Source: Chloroflexota bacterium
GTDB taxonomy: Bacteria > Chloroflexota > Anaerolineae > Anaerolineales > VGOW01
Reading direction: 5' to 3'
NCBI GenBank assembly: GCA_016197225.1
Contig: JACPWC010000009.1
Location: 357 to 64,356, forward strand
Length of the DNA: 64,000 bases
Notes under the pieces: generated by a model
What the model was told of the DNA's origin: nothing
Databases searched by the model: none
Seen by the model: only the letters and a program-made list of their open reading frames with translations
Shown here: positions 12,401 through 19,866 of the stretch, piece after piece
Layout: every line of letters starts with the position of its first letter
Position numbering within the stretch: position 1 is the first letter of the stretch
Translations under genes and position numbers: made by a program

Positions 12401-12541
12401 CCCGGCGAGTACCTGCTGGACGGCAGAACCCTGCCGCCCCTGCAAACCGGCGATTACACCGTGTTCATCGGCCTGGCCGATCGAGTTACCGGAGTCCGTT
12501 TAGGTGAACGAGTCAAGGTTGGGGTTTACAAAGCGCCGTGA
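9473..12541 (+). CDS. Large polytopic membrane protein, GT-C-like (YfhO/PMT-like) N-terminal domain plus extracytoplasmic C-terminal domains
   Basis: 1022 aa with more than 10 hydrophobic helices in the first ~420 aa, an early SDDNP loop, one more TM around aa 560-610, and a soluble C-terminus. Family assignment is tentative. Confidence 0.45.
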   Translation: MRRFLPILVVSLFALFTAQPLFVRQLTCSDDNPFALARAVNLEQLIRDGHIFSRWSPHMAHGYGFPFYNYYGALSSFALVAIHSLGFIYPTALHILFGLCIWGAGLGAYAFAREWWGEAGGVVAAVLYLTAPYLAFDILFRGALAETLALVWLPLILFTLHRALNSPTHASHSSFGVWNWGFGTWGFLASLSFAALMFTHNTSSLAALPLVTGYVALMAFLHRDWRKLFQGGLIVVIGLALSARFWLPALAEINLVQTDRLLVPPIFTYYTNYLSLRELFAPPAAIDPLLINPSPAKALGLVAIVLALVGLVAVVWQAARNRQQRTALSFVVWTLLCLAVYIFLTLPLSQPIWDHVPLVPFIQFPWRFLGPAALCAALLAGGGGRWLTRHQWTAAAAIALIAALGHLSWWYPRYCEPFKEISLGSTLQYEYDTFTIGTTAKGEYLPRTVTLLPDDDSIAEALMRGEQPQYLTGLPAASTLTLLDPDPLNYEATVTVARLTQVTFNQFYFPGWRATLDGQQTDIILTPGTGLITVLIPAGTHTLRFHFGTTPVRAAGDTISIIAIVAVIAYFVLRIPLKQLPQRSPAPPLLSAPADFGVWILGLGILLLLIIRPLVIDRTSNPLRRSVFDGQTLSLGQPLNLNLAGGLNVLSTEFPSSVASGSQFDAMLYLTTRVPTPPDFRPRFDLISGDGSLIWNSGKDALPPRWHREPPDTQYWPVGQYAQWARRETVLPGTPPGEYQLTATIFDRQTLAPDSVIDTDGNPVSPIISLGVVQVTRPPTPSEVSDLNIQYLADYDFGPITLLGYNQDRSEARPGEAVLITLFLRADETMPDLKFNLLDPSYPTSQWQVGDVWRFQTLARIPASAESGSFQFSLSLLDTAESISLQAIQLTAPERAFVAPEVAQPAKIQFGDVIEFAGYTLRASSEATTIDLLWHALATPGLDLIAFVHFEDAAGRVLAQSDAVPVNWSRPTTGWLPGEYLLDGRTLPPLQTGDYTVFIGLADRVTGVRLGERVKVGVYKAP

Positions 12542-12571
12542 GTCGGGTAAAATCCCGCCACCAAGAAAACT

Positions 12572-12620
12572 CTGACACCAAGTGTTTTCGCAAAGCGGAC
12601 ACTTGGTGTCTTTGTGTCAG
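12572..12620 (+). other. Hairpin in the spacer upstream of rpsT (GACACCAAGTGT / ACACTTGGTGTC, 12 bp; alternative CTGACAC/GTGTCAG pairing)
   Basis: Inverted repeat read directly. It lies between the stop of the upstream gene (12541) and the rpsT SD AAGGAG (about 12625). It could be a terminator or the S20 leader structure. Confidence 0.4.
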
Positions 12621-12637
12621 AAGCAAGGAGAACTCTC

Positions 12638-12904
12638 GTGGCAAATACTGCATCCGCTCAAAAACGCATCCGTTCAAATGCTCGTAAGGCCAAACACAAT
12701 CAGGTTCGCAAGTCGCGCGTTCGCACCTCGGTGCGCGCCGCTCGCGAGGGCCTGAGCGACTCTGCCGAGGCCAAGAAGGCCGTGATGGCCGCTGTGAGTG
12801 AACTGGATCGCGCCGCGGCGAAGGGCGTTATTCACAAGAACAATGCCGCCCGCCGCAAAGGCCGCTTGATGAAGAAGCTGGCGGCCCTCGAAGCAAAGAA
12901 GTAA
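12638..12904 (+). CDS. rpsT: 30S ribosomal protein S20
   Basis: VANTASAQKRIRSNARKAKHNQ...AAKGVIHKNNAARRKGRL. GTG start 7 nt after AAGGAG. Confidence 0.93.
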   Translation: MANTASAQKRIRSNARKAKHNQVRKSRVRTSVRAAREGLSDSAEAKKAVMAAVSELDRAAAKGVIHKNNAARRKGRLMKKLAALEAKK

Positions 12905-12923
12905 TTCCAACCGTTTCGGCCCC

Positions 12924-12960
12924 AAAAGCCATCGCTTGCAAAAGGCGGTGGCTTTTTTGT
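12924..12960 (+). terminator. Rho-independent terminator of rpsT
   Basis: GCCATCGC-loop-GCGGTGGC followed by TTTTTTGTTTTT. Confidence 0.75.
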
Positions 12961-12981
12961 TTTTAGCGTTAAATTGAGCTA

Positions 12982-13010
12982 TTGACTAGAACATAAGTTC
13001 TATGATAAAT
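12982..13010 (+). promoter_or_regulatory. Sigma-70-like promoter (TTGACT-17-ATAAAT) containing a LexA/Cheo-type box AGAACATAAGTTCT
   Basis: TTGACT at 12982-12987, palindrome TAGAAC-ATAA-GTTCTA at 12987-13002, ATAAAT at 13005-13010. About 105 nt upstream of the FtsK-like gene. Confidence 0.45.
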
Positions 13011-13118
13011 TACTCACGTCTTCCCTGCTCTTATCAACTGCCCCGGAGCGTGTGACCCGTTTTTTGTGTCCGCTCTGCTCGCGCCCGGAATCCATTTCAC
13101 ACCCAACGGATTTCGGCT

Positions 13119-14180
13119 ATGGCAACCAGGCTCTCTCACGAAATGATGGAATTTCAATCTGACCGGATCGAGTCGGTGCTGGCCTCGCATCGCATTCCGG
13201 TTCGAGTGCATGGCGGCGTCATCGCCCCGCGCTGGATTCGATTTCATTTCAGCGCCGCGCCCTCGGCCCGCGTCAGCAAAATTCGCAACCTGTCGGAGGA
13301 GATCGCGCTGGCGCTGGGCGCGGCCTCGGCCCGCATCGCCCGCGACGGCGACATGCTGGCCGTCGAGATTCCCCGCCCGGACGCCGAGGCGGTGCGGCTG
13401 TTGCCGCTGCTGCGAGACTTGCTTCGCACTTCCATGCTTCCGCCCGTCTCGGCCTGCATCGGCCTGACCGACACCGGCCAACCGCTCCTGCTCCGCCTAC
13501 CTTCGCCCGACGTGACTCACATTCTGGTGGCGGGCGCAACCGGCTCGGGCAAAACCGAGTTGATGCGGGCCATGATTCTAAGTTTGGTTGCCGCCAACCG
13601 GCAGGCCAAAGTTCAACTGGTGTTGATCGATCCCAAGTCGCGCGGCTTTGGGCCGCTGGGGAGATTGCCTCACCTCATTGCCCCGCCCGCCGCGAACGTT
13701 GAGGCCGCCTCGGCCCTCCTCACCCGCCTCGCCGCCGAAATGGATCGTCGGGACGCCGACAACGCCACCCTGCCCCGCATCGTCATCGTGGTGGATGAAG
13801 TGATTGATTTGCTGATGACGGGCGGCAAGCCGGTGGAGGCCGCCCTCACCCGGCTGGCCCAGCGCGGGCGCGAGGCCGGCATCCATCTCATCCTCGGCGC
13901 GCAAAAACCGTCGTCCACTTTGCTTGGCCCGCAACTCAAAGCCAACCTGCCGGTGCGGCTGGTAGGCCGCGTGGGCAGTGTCGAAGACGCCCGCGTCGCC
14001 ACTGGCATCGCCGGGAGCGGCGCCGAGAAGCTCACCGGGCGCGGCGACTTCATTGCCGTGGCCTGCGGCCAGACGATGCGTTTTCAAGTTGCCTACGTCT
14101 CACCTGCCGACCTGACTCATTTTTACGCCGCGGCCCGCGACCGCAACAACTTGATTCGCTTTGAGCAAAGCTTCGTATGA
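13119..14180 (+). CDS. FtsK/SpoIIIE-family DNA translocase motor (alpha+beta domains only; no N-terminal membrane domain, no gamma domain)
   Basis: Walker A VAGATGSGKTE, LIDPKSRGF, PHLIAPP, Walker B RIVIVVDEVIDL, GIHLILGAQKPS, TGRGDF. The N-terminus resembles the FtsK alpha domain (VSKIRNLSEEIALALGA). Confidence 0.85.
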   Translation: MATRLSHEMMEFQSDRIESVLASHRIPVRVHGGVIAPRWIRFHFSAAPSARVSKIRNLSEEIALALGAASARIARDGDMLAVEIPRPDAEAVRLLPLLRDLLRTSMLPPVSACIGLTDTGQPLLLRLPSPDVTHILVAGATGSGKTELMRAMILSLVAANRQAKVQLVLIDPKSRGFGPLGRLPHLIAPPAANVEAASALLTRLAAEMDRRDADNATLPRIVIVVDEVIDLLMTGGKPVEAALTRLAQRGREAGIHLILGAQKPSSTLLGPQLKANLPVRLVGRVGSVEDARVATGIAGSGAEKLTGRGDFIAVACGQTMRFQVAYVSPADLTHFYAAARDRNNLIRFEQSFV

Positions 14181-14515
14181 ACTGGCGATTTGTTTTATTC
14201 GTGGCCGTGCTGGCATTTGTCATCACCCTGGCCGTCATCATCGGTCAGCGGTTGAGCAGTGAAGCCCTGTCAATCCTGCTCGGCGTCGTCATTGGCGTGG
14301 CCGCCAGCCTGCCCAGCAGTTTAATCATTGTGTGGGCGATGAAGCGGACTCAGCCGCCGCCTGCCGAGCCGCGAATCGTCGTCGTCCCGCCGGCGGCCGC
14401 CCCTCAACCGTCTCTGCCGCCCGCCCCTGGTTCGTGGAACGCCCCGCCGCCTACGTCAGGCCCGCCGCGTCGCCAGTTCGTCGTCATCGGCGGCGACGAG
14501 CCAGCCGACGAGTGA
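14177..14515 (+). CDS. Small two-TM membrane protein with Pro-rich C-terminal tail
   Basis: ATGA overlap with the preceding gene. Two hydrophobic helices are followed by PPPAEPRIVVVPPAAAPQPSLPPAPGSWNAPPPTSGPP. Confidence 0.6.
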   Translation: MNWRFVLFVAVLAFVITLAVIIGQRLSSEALSILLGVVIGVAASLPSSLIIVWAMKRTQPPPAEPRIVVVPPAAAPQPSLPPAPGSWNAPPPTSGPPRRQFVVIGGDEPADE

Positions 14516-14576
14516 ATCAAAAAGGGCCACCAGCGCCGCCGATGACCCTTTCAATCTCCAACTCCACGCAAAGACT

Positions 14577-15254
14577 CTATTTCTCTTCTGCCGGCCCCAC
14601 ATCCAGCCGGTAGCCCTGGCCGCGCAGCGTTTTCAAATAGCGCGGTTTGAGCGGGTTGGCTTCAATGATCGATCTCAGCCAGCTGACGTGAACGTCAAGC
14701 GTTCGCGTGTCGCCGGTGTAATCGGTTTCCCACACTTGTTTGATCAACGTCTTTCGCGACACCACTTCGCCGGAATGCCTCATCAACACTTCCAGCAGTT
14801 TGGCTTCTTTGGGCGTCAGGCGCTCTTCGCGCGAACCGCACTTCACCTTGCGTTGCGCCAGATTAAGCTTGATTGGCCCGGTTTGCAAAGTGATGCCCTC
14901 GCCCGCCGGCAGTAAACGATTGACGCCATTCAACAGCTTGCGCGGCGTGAACGGATGTTGCAAGGTCAGGTCGGCGCCGCTGTTGTCGTCGAAGGCCACC
15001 TTCTTGTCAATCACCAGCAGAATACGCGCATACTCCAGCGCCTTGCGCAAGTCGCGGCACATTCGCGCCCCGCTCATCTTGAGCGAGGCCGCGTCCACCA
15101 CAATCACATCTGGAATTGTGCCATTGACTTTTGCGATCGCGTCGGAGGCCGTGTGGGCAACCATCACCGCATAGCCGCGTTTCTCAAGTGCGGGCGCAAA
15201 TGAGGGCGCGCTCACCTTGCCGCTTTCGACGAGCAATATTTTCGGGTTGTTCAT
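14577..15254 (-). CDS. OmpR/PhoB-type winged-helix regulator with an atypical (probably phosphorylation-independent) receiver domain
   Basis: C-terminal LTPKEAKLLEVLM...VHVSWLRSII...TLRGQGYRL. The receiver lacks the DD pocket (LLVESGK) and has HPF instead of KPF. Confidence 0.8.
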   Translation of the reverse strand: MNNPKILLVESGKVSAPSFAPALEKRGYAVMVAHTASDAIAKVNGTIPDVIVVDAASLKMSGARMCRDLRKALEYARILLVIDKKVAFDDNSGADLTLQHPFTPRKLLNGVNRLLPAGEGITLQTGPIKLNLAQRKVKCGSREERLTPKEAKLLEVLMRHSGEVVSRKTLIKQVWETDYTGDTRTLDVHVSWLRSIIEANPLKPRYLKTLRGQGYRLDVGPAEEK

Positions 15255-15521
15255 AGAGCCATCGTTTCCGAAAAGAAGAGGCAGACCGAAACACGCTGTT
15301 AATGTTTCGTGACTGCCTTTAAGGTAAAACGATTATACCAAGTCTCCCCCGCCTCGCAAGGGTGGACTTTAGTTCGATTGTGCTTGGGCGAATTATTCAT
15401 TTCACGACTTACCCGATCAACATCAGCAAATTTCATCAGCCGCCAGAGCGCCTGGCAATCATCACAACAAATCGTCTCGCCTCATTGTTGATTCTCCCGC
15501 CTTCCGGTAAAATCTTCCGTC

Positions 15522-16535
15522 ATGGTCAAAGCCGCACCCGAGTTCGCTGTTGTTGGAGGATTGCGCGAAGATTATTTCATCACCTCTGCCGGTGAAGCCC
15601 GCCTGCGCGAGATCGGCGGCAACGCGGTTTACGCCGCCGTCGGCGCGGCGCTGTGGCGAAAATCGGTCGGCCTCATCGCTCGCATCGGCGAGAATTACCC
15701 GATTGAATGGATCAAGCTGTTTGAGAAGCGCGGCTTTGACACGCGCGCCGTCAAAGTCGTGCCTGGCTGGCACGACACGCGCACCTTTTATGCCTACCTG
15801 AGTCTCGAAGAGCGCCTGGACACTGACCCTGCCGGGCATTTCGCCCGCATCGGCCAGCCACTGCCGGCTGAACTTAAAGACTACGCCTCCTCAACCGAGG
15901 GCCAGGAAGAACGACAGAAGTTTGGAGTGCTGGCCGCCCGTCCCGCCGACGTGCCATCCATCTTCAACGAGGCGCGCGGCCTGCACATCGCTCCGTGTGA
16001 CTACCTCACGCACCGCACCATGCCCGAAGCCATGCGCGCCGCCGGAATCAAAACCGTCACCTGTGATCCTTCAATCCGCTACATGCAACCCGGCCAAAGG
16101 AATGAAATCGCCGGTGTGGTGCGCGGCCTCGACGCATTTTTGCCCAGCGAGATGGAAGTGCAGGCCTATTATCGCAGTGACGCCATTGACTACTGGGAAG
16201 CCGCCGCCGAGTTCGGCGCGATGGGCTGTCGCATCGTCGTCGTCAAGCGCGGCGCAAATGGCGCGTTTGTCTATCACCCCGAAACGAACAGCAAGTGGCA
16301 CGTCCCGGCTTACCCAATCACTATTCGCGATGTGACAGGCGCAGGCGACGCATTTTGTGGCGGCTTCGTCGTCGGCCTGGCCGACACCGGCGACCCGGTG
16401 GAAGCCGCCTTGCGCGGGGCCGTGTCGGCTTCCATCACCCTTGAAGGCACAGGCGCGCTCAGCGGCCTCGACGCCCACCCCAACCTGCCCGAAGCGCGAC
16501 TCAACTATCTCCGCGAGTCGGTTCGCAAGCTATGA
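15522..16535 (+). CDS. PfkB-family carbohydrate/nucleoside kinase
   Basis: C-terminal DVTGAGDAFCGGFVVGL signature and ribokinase-like length. Confidence 0.85.
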   Translation: MVKAAPEFAVVGGLREDYFITSAGEARLREIGGNAVYAAVGAALWRKSVGLIARIGENYPIEWIKLFEKRGFDTRAVKVVPGWHDTRTFYAYLSLEERLDTDPAGHFARIGQPLPAELKDYASSTEGQEERQKFGVLAARPADVPSIFNEARGLHIAPCDYLTHRTMPEAMRAAGIKTVTCDPSIRYMQPGQRNEIAGVVRGLDAFLPSEMEVQAYYRSDAIDYWEAAAEFGAMGCRIVVVKRGANGAFVYHPETNSKWHVPAYPITIRDVTGAGDAFCGGFVVGLADTGDPVEAALRGAVSASITLEGTGALSGLDAHPNLPEARLNYLRESVRKL

Positions 16536-17668
16536 GCCACTTTGCCGACTCTGCCCTCCAACGCGCCTTCGCCGCCGTTAACGCGGGGCAGACTCTCGAC
16601 CGCGCCATCGCCATTCAACAGATTCCGGCGCCCACTTTTGCCGAAGCCAGACGCGCTGAGTATGTCGCTTGCGAATTCAAAGCACTGGGGTTGAGCGATG
16701 TTGAAGTGGACGACCTGGGGAATGTGTTTGCCCGCCGCCCAGGACGGGGAGGCCGCCACCCCGTCCTCGTCACCGCTCACACCGACACCGTCTTTCCAGC
16801 CGACACCGATCTCACGATTCAACGTCAATCGGATCGAATCGTCGGGCCGGGCCTGGGCGACAACTCGCTGGGCGTGGCCGGGCTGTTTGGGCTGATCGAA
16901 ACATTGAACGCGGCGGCGGTCGAAACGCCCGCCGATGTGTGGCTGGCGGCCAACGTGGGCGAAGAGGGGCTGGGCGATTTGCGCGGCATGCGGCGGGTGA
17001 TGGAACGCTTTGGGCCAAGCGTCGCCGCCACGATCATCATCGAAGGCATGGCCTTCGGCCATATTTATCACGAAGCGATTGGCGTCCACCGGTTTCGAAT
17101 CACGGCCAGAGCCGAAGGCGGCCACTCGTACACGCACTTTGGCCGGCCCAGCGCCGTGCATGGCCTGGTGCGCCTGGCCTCGCGCCTGGCTGATCTTCCG
17201 CTGCCGGCCCAACCCAAGACCACGCTCAACATCGGACAGATCAGCGGCGGCACTTCGGTCAACACCATCGCCCGCCAGGCTTCGCTTGAGCTTGATCTGC
17301 GATCGGAAGATCCTAAAATGTTGGCCGGGCTGGTGAGCCAGGTTGAAAAATTGATTCAGGCCGCGAACGCTCCCGGTCTTATTTTAGAGACGGTCATCAC
17401 CAGCCAACGTCCGGCCGGCGCTATTCCGCGCTCGCATCCGCTGGTGCAACTGGCCGTGAAGGCGCTTCGAGCCGTTGAAACCGAGCCGACGTTTGAAAAG
17501 GGAAGCACCGACACCAACGTTCCGCTCAGCCTGGGACTGCCGGCGGTGTGCATCGGCCTGAGCCGGGGCGGCAACGCCCACCGCCCGGATGAATACGTTG
17601 AACCGGCGATGTTGGCGAACGGGCTGAAGCAGTTGCTGTTTTTGGTGTTGGGCGCGTTTGAGTTGTAG
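16532..17668 (+). CDS. M20-family metallopeptidase (ArgE/DapE/dipeptidase-like)
   Basis: LVTAHTDTVF, GPGLGDNSLGVA, NVGEEGLGDLRG. ATGA overlap with the pfkB-like gene. Confidence 0.85.
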   Translation: MSHFADSALQRAFAAVNAGQTLDRAIAIQQIPAPTFAEARRAEYVACEFKALGLSDVEVDDLGNVFARRPGRGGRHPVLVTAHTDTVFPADTDLTIQRQSDRIVGPGLGDNSLGVAGLFGLIETLNAAAVETPADVWLAANVGEEGLGDLRGMRRVMERFGPSVAATIIIEGMAFGHIYHEAIGVHRFRITARAEGGHSYTHFGRPSAVHGLVRLASRLADLPLPAQPKTTLNIGQISGGTSVNTIARQASLELDLRSEDPKMLAGLVSQVEKLIQAANAPGLILETVITSQRPAGAIPRSHPLVQLAVKALRAVETEPTFEKGSTDTNVPLSLGLPAVCIGLSRGGNAHRPDEYVEPAMLANGLKQLLFLVLGAFEL

Positions 17669-17672
17669 AGGG

Positions 17673-19043
17673 TCAGTTCAGCGGAAGCGCAAACGACACT
17701 CTCGTTCCTTTGCCCGGCGCGCCGTCGCTCTCGGCCCAGATTTTTCCGCCGTGCAATTCCACCAACTGTTTGGCAATTGAGAGACCCAGGCCGGTGCCGC
17801 CGCCGGCGCGCGAGCGCGAGCTGTCGGCGCGATAGAAGCGCTCGAAGATGTGCGGCAAGGCTTCGGCAGAAATGCCCGAACCTGTGTCTGAAACGGCGAA
17901 CGTTACTTGTCTAGCCTCACTCGTCACCCGGCACTCGATCCGCCCATCTTCTGGCGTGTGGCGAATGGCGTTGCTCAACAAGTTGCCCAGCACTTGAGCG
18001 ATGCGTTGAGAGTCGAGGGCAAGTTGAGGCAGGTTTGGCGCGATGTTTGTTTGAAGCGACAGAGTCTTGGCTTCGGCCTGCCGGGTGAACTGAGCGACGA
18101 CCGAACGAACGACCTCAGCCGGATCGGTCAGGGCGCGGTTGAGGCTGAGTTGCCCGGCCTCGGCCAGGGCCAGCGTCCGCAAATCGTCCACCAGGCGGGC
18201 CAACAGTTGTGATTGATCCAGCAGCGGTTGCAGGTTTTCGGCGCTCGGCGGCAGGACGCCGTCAATCACTGCTTCAAGGTTGGCTTGCAAGACGGCGATG
18301 GGGTTGCGAAGTTCGTGGGCGATGTCGGCCATCATACTCCGGCGCAGGCCTTCGGCCTTTTCGAGATCGGCAGACATGGCGTTGAATGAGGTTGCCAGTT
18401 CGCCGATCTCGTCGTTTGATGAAACCGGGACTCGATGCGAAAGGTCGCCGCGCGCCACAGCGCCGGTGGCCGAGGTGAGTTGGCGGATCGGGCGGACGAG
18501 GCCATAAGCCAGCAGTCCGCCAATGACCAAAGCCAGGCCGCCCGCCACGGCGGCGGCCAAAAAGATGGCTCGGTTGACCCGGAATAAAAGTTCATCTTCT
18601 GAGGCCTGCCCCGGCGATCCGAATCCGCCCATCATCATTCCCGGCCCGCTTCCTGCCGCCAGCAACGTTCCCACCTGAGCGCCGTCCACTTCGATTGGGA
18701 GACCTGAGGCAAGCTCATCGTTGCTCAAGCGTTGGCCGGTGAAGCGCCCGTCAGAGTCGGCCACGATTTGACCCTGCGCGTCGGCGATGATCAGCCGTTG
18801 CGACATCATGCCGCCCATCATGTGATCGGCGCTGATCAAGGTTTGCGCGCCCTCCCACGATCCACGTCCGCGATAGTAACCGGCTAGTTCCTGAGCCATG
18901 CCAGACTCGGTCGTCATGCCGCCCTGAAACATGAAGCCGCGCACTTCACGCGCCGCAACCTGGTTGGCCAGAAACGACACGACGGCTACGCCTACCAGAA
19001 CGACGGCCATGAAGGAGAGAAGGAGCTTGGGGAAGAGACTCAT
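17673..19043 (-). CDS. Sensor histidine kinase (2 TM, Met/Gly-rich sensor loop, HAMP, HisKA, HATPase_c)
   Basis: H-box MMADIAHELRNPI, N-box LLSNAIRHTP, G-boxes DTGSGI and GGTGLGLSIAK. Confidence 0.92.
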   Translation of the reverse strand: MSLFPKLLLSFMAVVLVGVAVVSFLANQVAAREVRGFMFQGGMTTESGMAQELAGYYRGRGSWEGAQTLISADHMMGGMMSQRLIIADAQGQIVADSDGRFTGQRLSNDELASGLPIEVDGAQVGTLLAAGSGPGMMMGGFGSPGQASEDELLFRVNRAIFLAAAVAGGLALVIGGLLAYGLVRPIRQLTSATGAVARGDLSHRVPVSSNDEIGELATSFNAMSADLEKAEGLRRSMMADIAHELRNPIAVLQANLEAVIDGVLPPSAENLQPLLDQSQLLARLVDDLRTLALAEAGQLSLNRALTDPAEVVRSVVAQFTRQAEAKTLSLQTNIAPNLPQLALDSQRIAQVLGNLLSNAIRHTPEDGRIECRVTSEARQVTFAVSDTGSGISAEALPHIFERFYRADSSRSRAGGGTGLGLSIAKQLVELHGGKIWAESDGAPGKGTRVSFALPLN

Positions 19044-19045
19044 AG

Positions 19046-19108
19046 TGGAGATTAGAGAATTGGAGATTAGAGATTGGAGGTCGGAGGTGGCTTTCGATCT
19101 CTAATCTC
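19046..19108. repeat. Heptamer repeats (GGAGATT/AGAGATT type) with a 12-bp perfect hairpin core GAGATTAGAGAT/ATCTCTAATCTC in the RR-HK spacer
   Basis: Read directly. The right arm overlaps the RR stop codon (19101-19103). Confidence 0.65.
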
Positions 19109-19781
19109 GAAATTTGTAGCCGATGCCGAAGACGGTTTGGATGTAGTCGGGTTTCTTTGGGTCGCGTTCGAGTTTGGCGCGCAGGTTTTTGATGTGCGCG
19201 TCGAGCGTGCGTTCGTAGCCTTCAAAGGCGTCACCTTGCGCCGCTTCGAGCAGTTGCAGGCGGGTGAAGGCGCGGCCCGGCTCACGGGCCATGACCGCCA
19301 ACAGGCCAAATTCGGTGGGCGTGAGGTTGATGGCCTGGCCGCCGCGAGTGACGGTGTGGCGGGTGAGGTCAACGGTGATGTCGGCGGCGCGGACGATGTC
19401 CGGCGAAACCGGCGCGGCCTCGGCCCGGCGCAGAACGGCGCGAACGCGGGCCACCACTTCGCGGGCGCTGAAGGGCTTGGTCACGTAGTCATCTGCGCCT
19501 AACTCAAGGCCGATCAATCGGTCGGTTTCATCCACCCGCGCTGTGACCATGATGATCGGCACGTTGTCGGCGGCGCGCAGGCGGCGGGCGACTTCGATGC
19601 CGTCCATGCCCGGCAAGTTAAGATCGAGCAAGACCAAATCGGGCTTCTCGTGTTTGTATTGAGTCAGGGCCATCGGGCCGTCACCCGCCGTGACCACGCG
19701 AAAGCCGGCCTGTTCCAGATAGCCGCGCAGGACTTTGACCAGTTGGGGTTCGTCGTCTACGACAAGAATTGTGTGCGGCAT
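19101..19781 (-). CDS. OmpR-family response regulator (canonical receiver)
   Basis: MPHTILVVDDEP, LVLLDLNLPGMDG, IIMVTAR, DDYVTKPF, winged helix ...TVFGIGYKF. Start at ATG 19779-19781. The longer ORF-track start runs through a repeat. Confidence 0.92.
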   Translation of the reverse strand: MPHTILVVDDEPQLVKVLRGYLEQAGFRVVTAGDGPMALTQYKHEKPDLVLLDLNLPGMDGIEVARRLRAADNVPIIMVTARVDETDRLIGLELGADDYVTKPFSAREVVARVRAVLRRAEAAPVSPDIVRAADITVDLTRHTVTRGGQAINLTPTEFGLLAVMAREPGRAFTRLQLLEAAQGDAFEGYERTLDAHIKNLRAKLERDPKKPDYIQTVFGIGYKFRD

Positions 19782-19793
19782 TGCCTCTGTTTT

Positions 19794-19859
19794 ACCGCAA
19801 AGACACAAAGAACGCAAAGGTTGTTTTTGTTTTCCCCGCGCTCTCTGTGTCTCTGTGGT
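19794..19859. repeat. CAAAG/CTCTG-type repeat hairpin (ACCGCAAAGACACAAAGAACGC... / ...GCGCTCTCTGTGTCTCTGTGGT)
   Basis: About 22-position stem between the Zn-ribbon gene stop (19867) and the RR start (19781). Related arms occur at 38330-38401 and about 24100-24130. Confidence 0.6.
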
Positions 19860-19866
19860 AAGTTGA

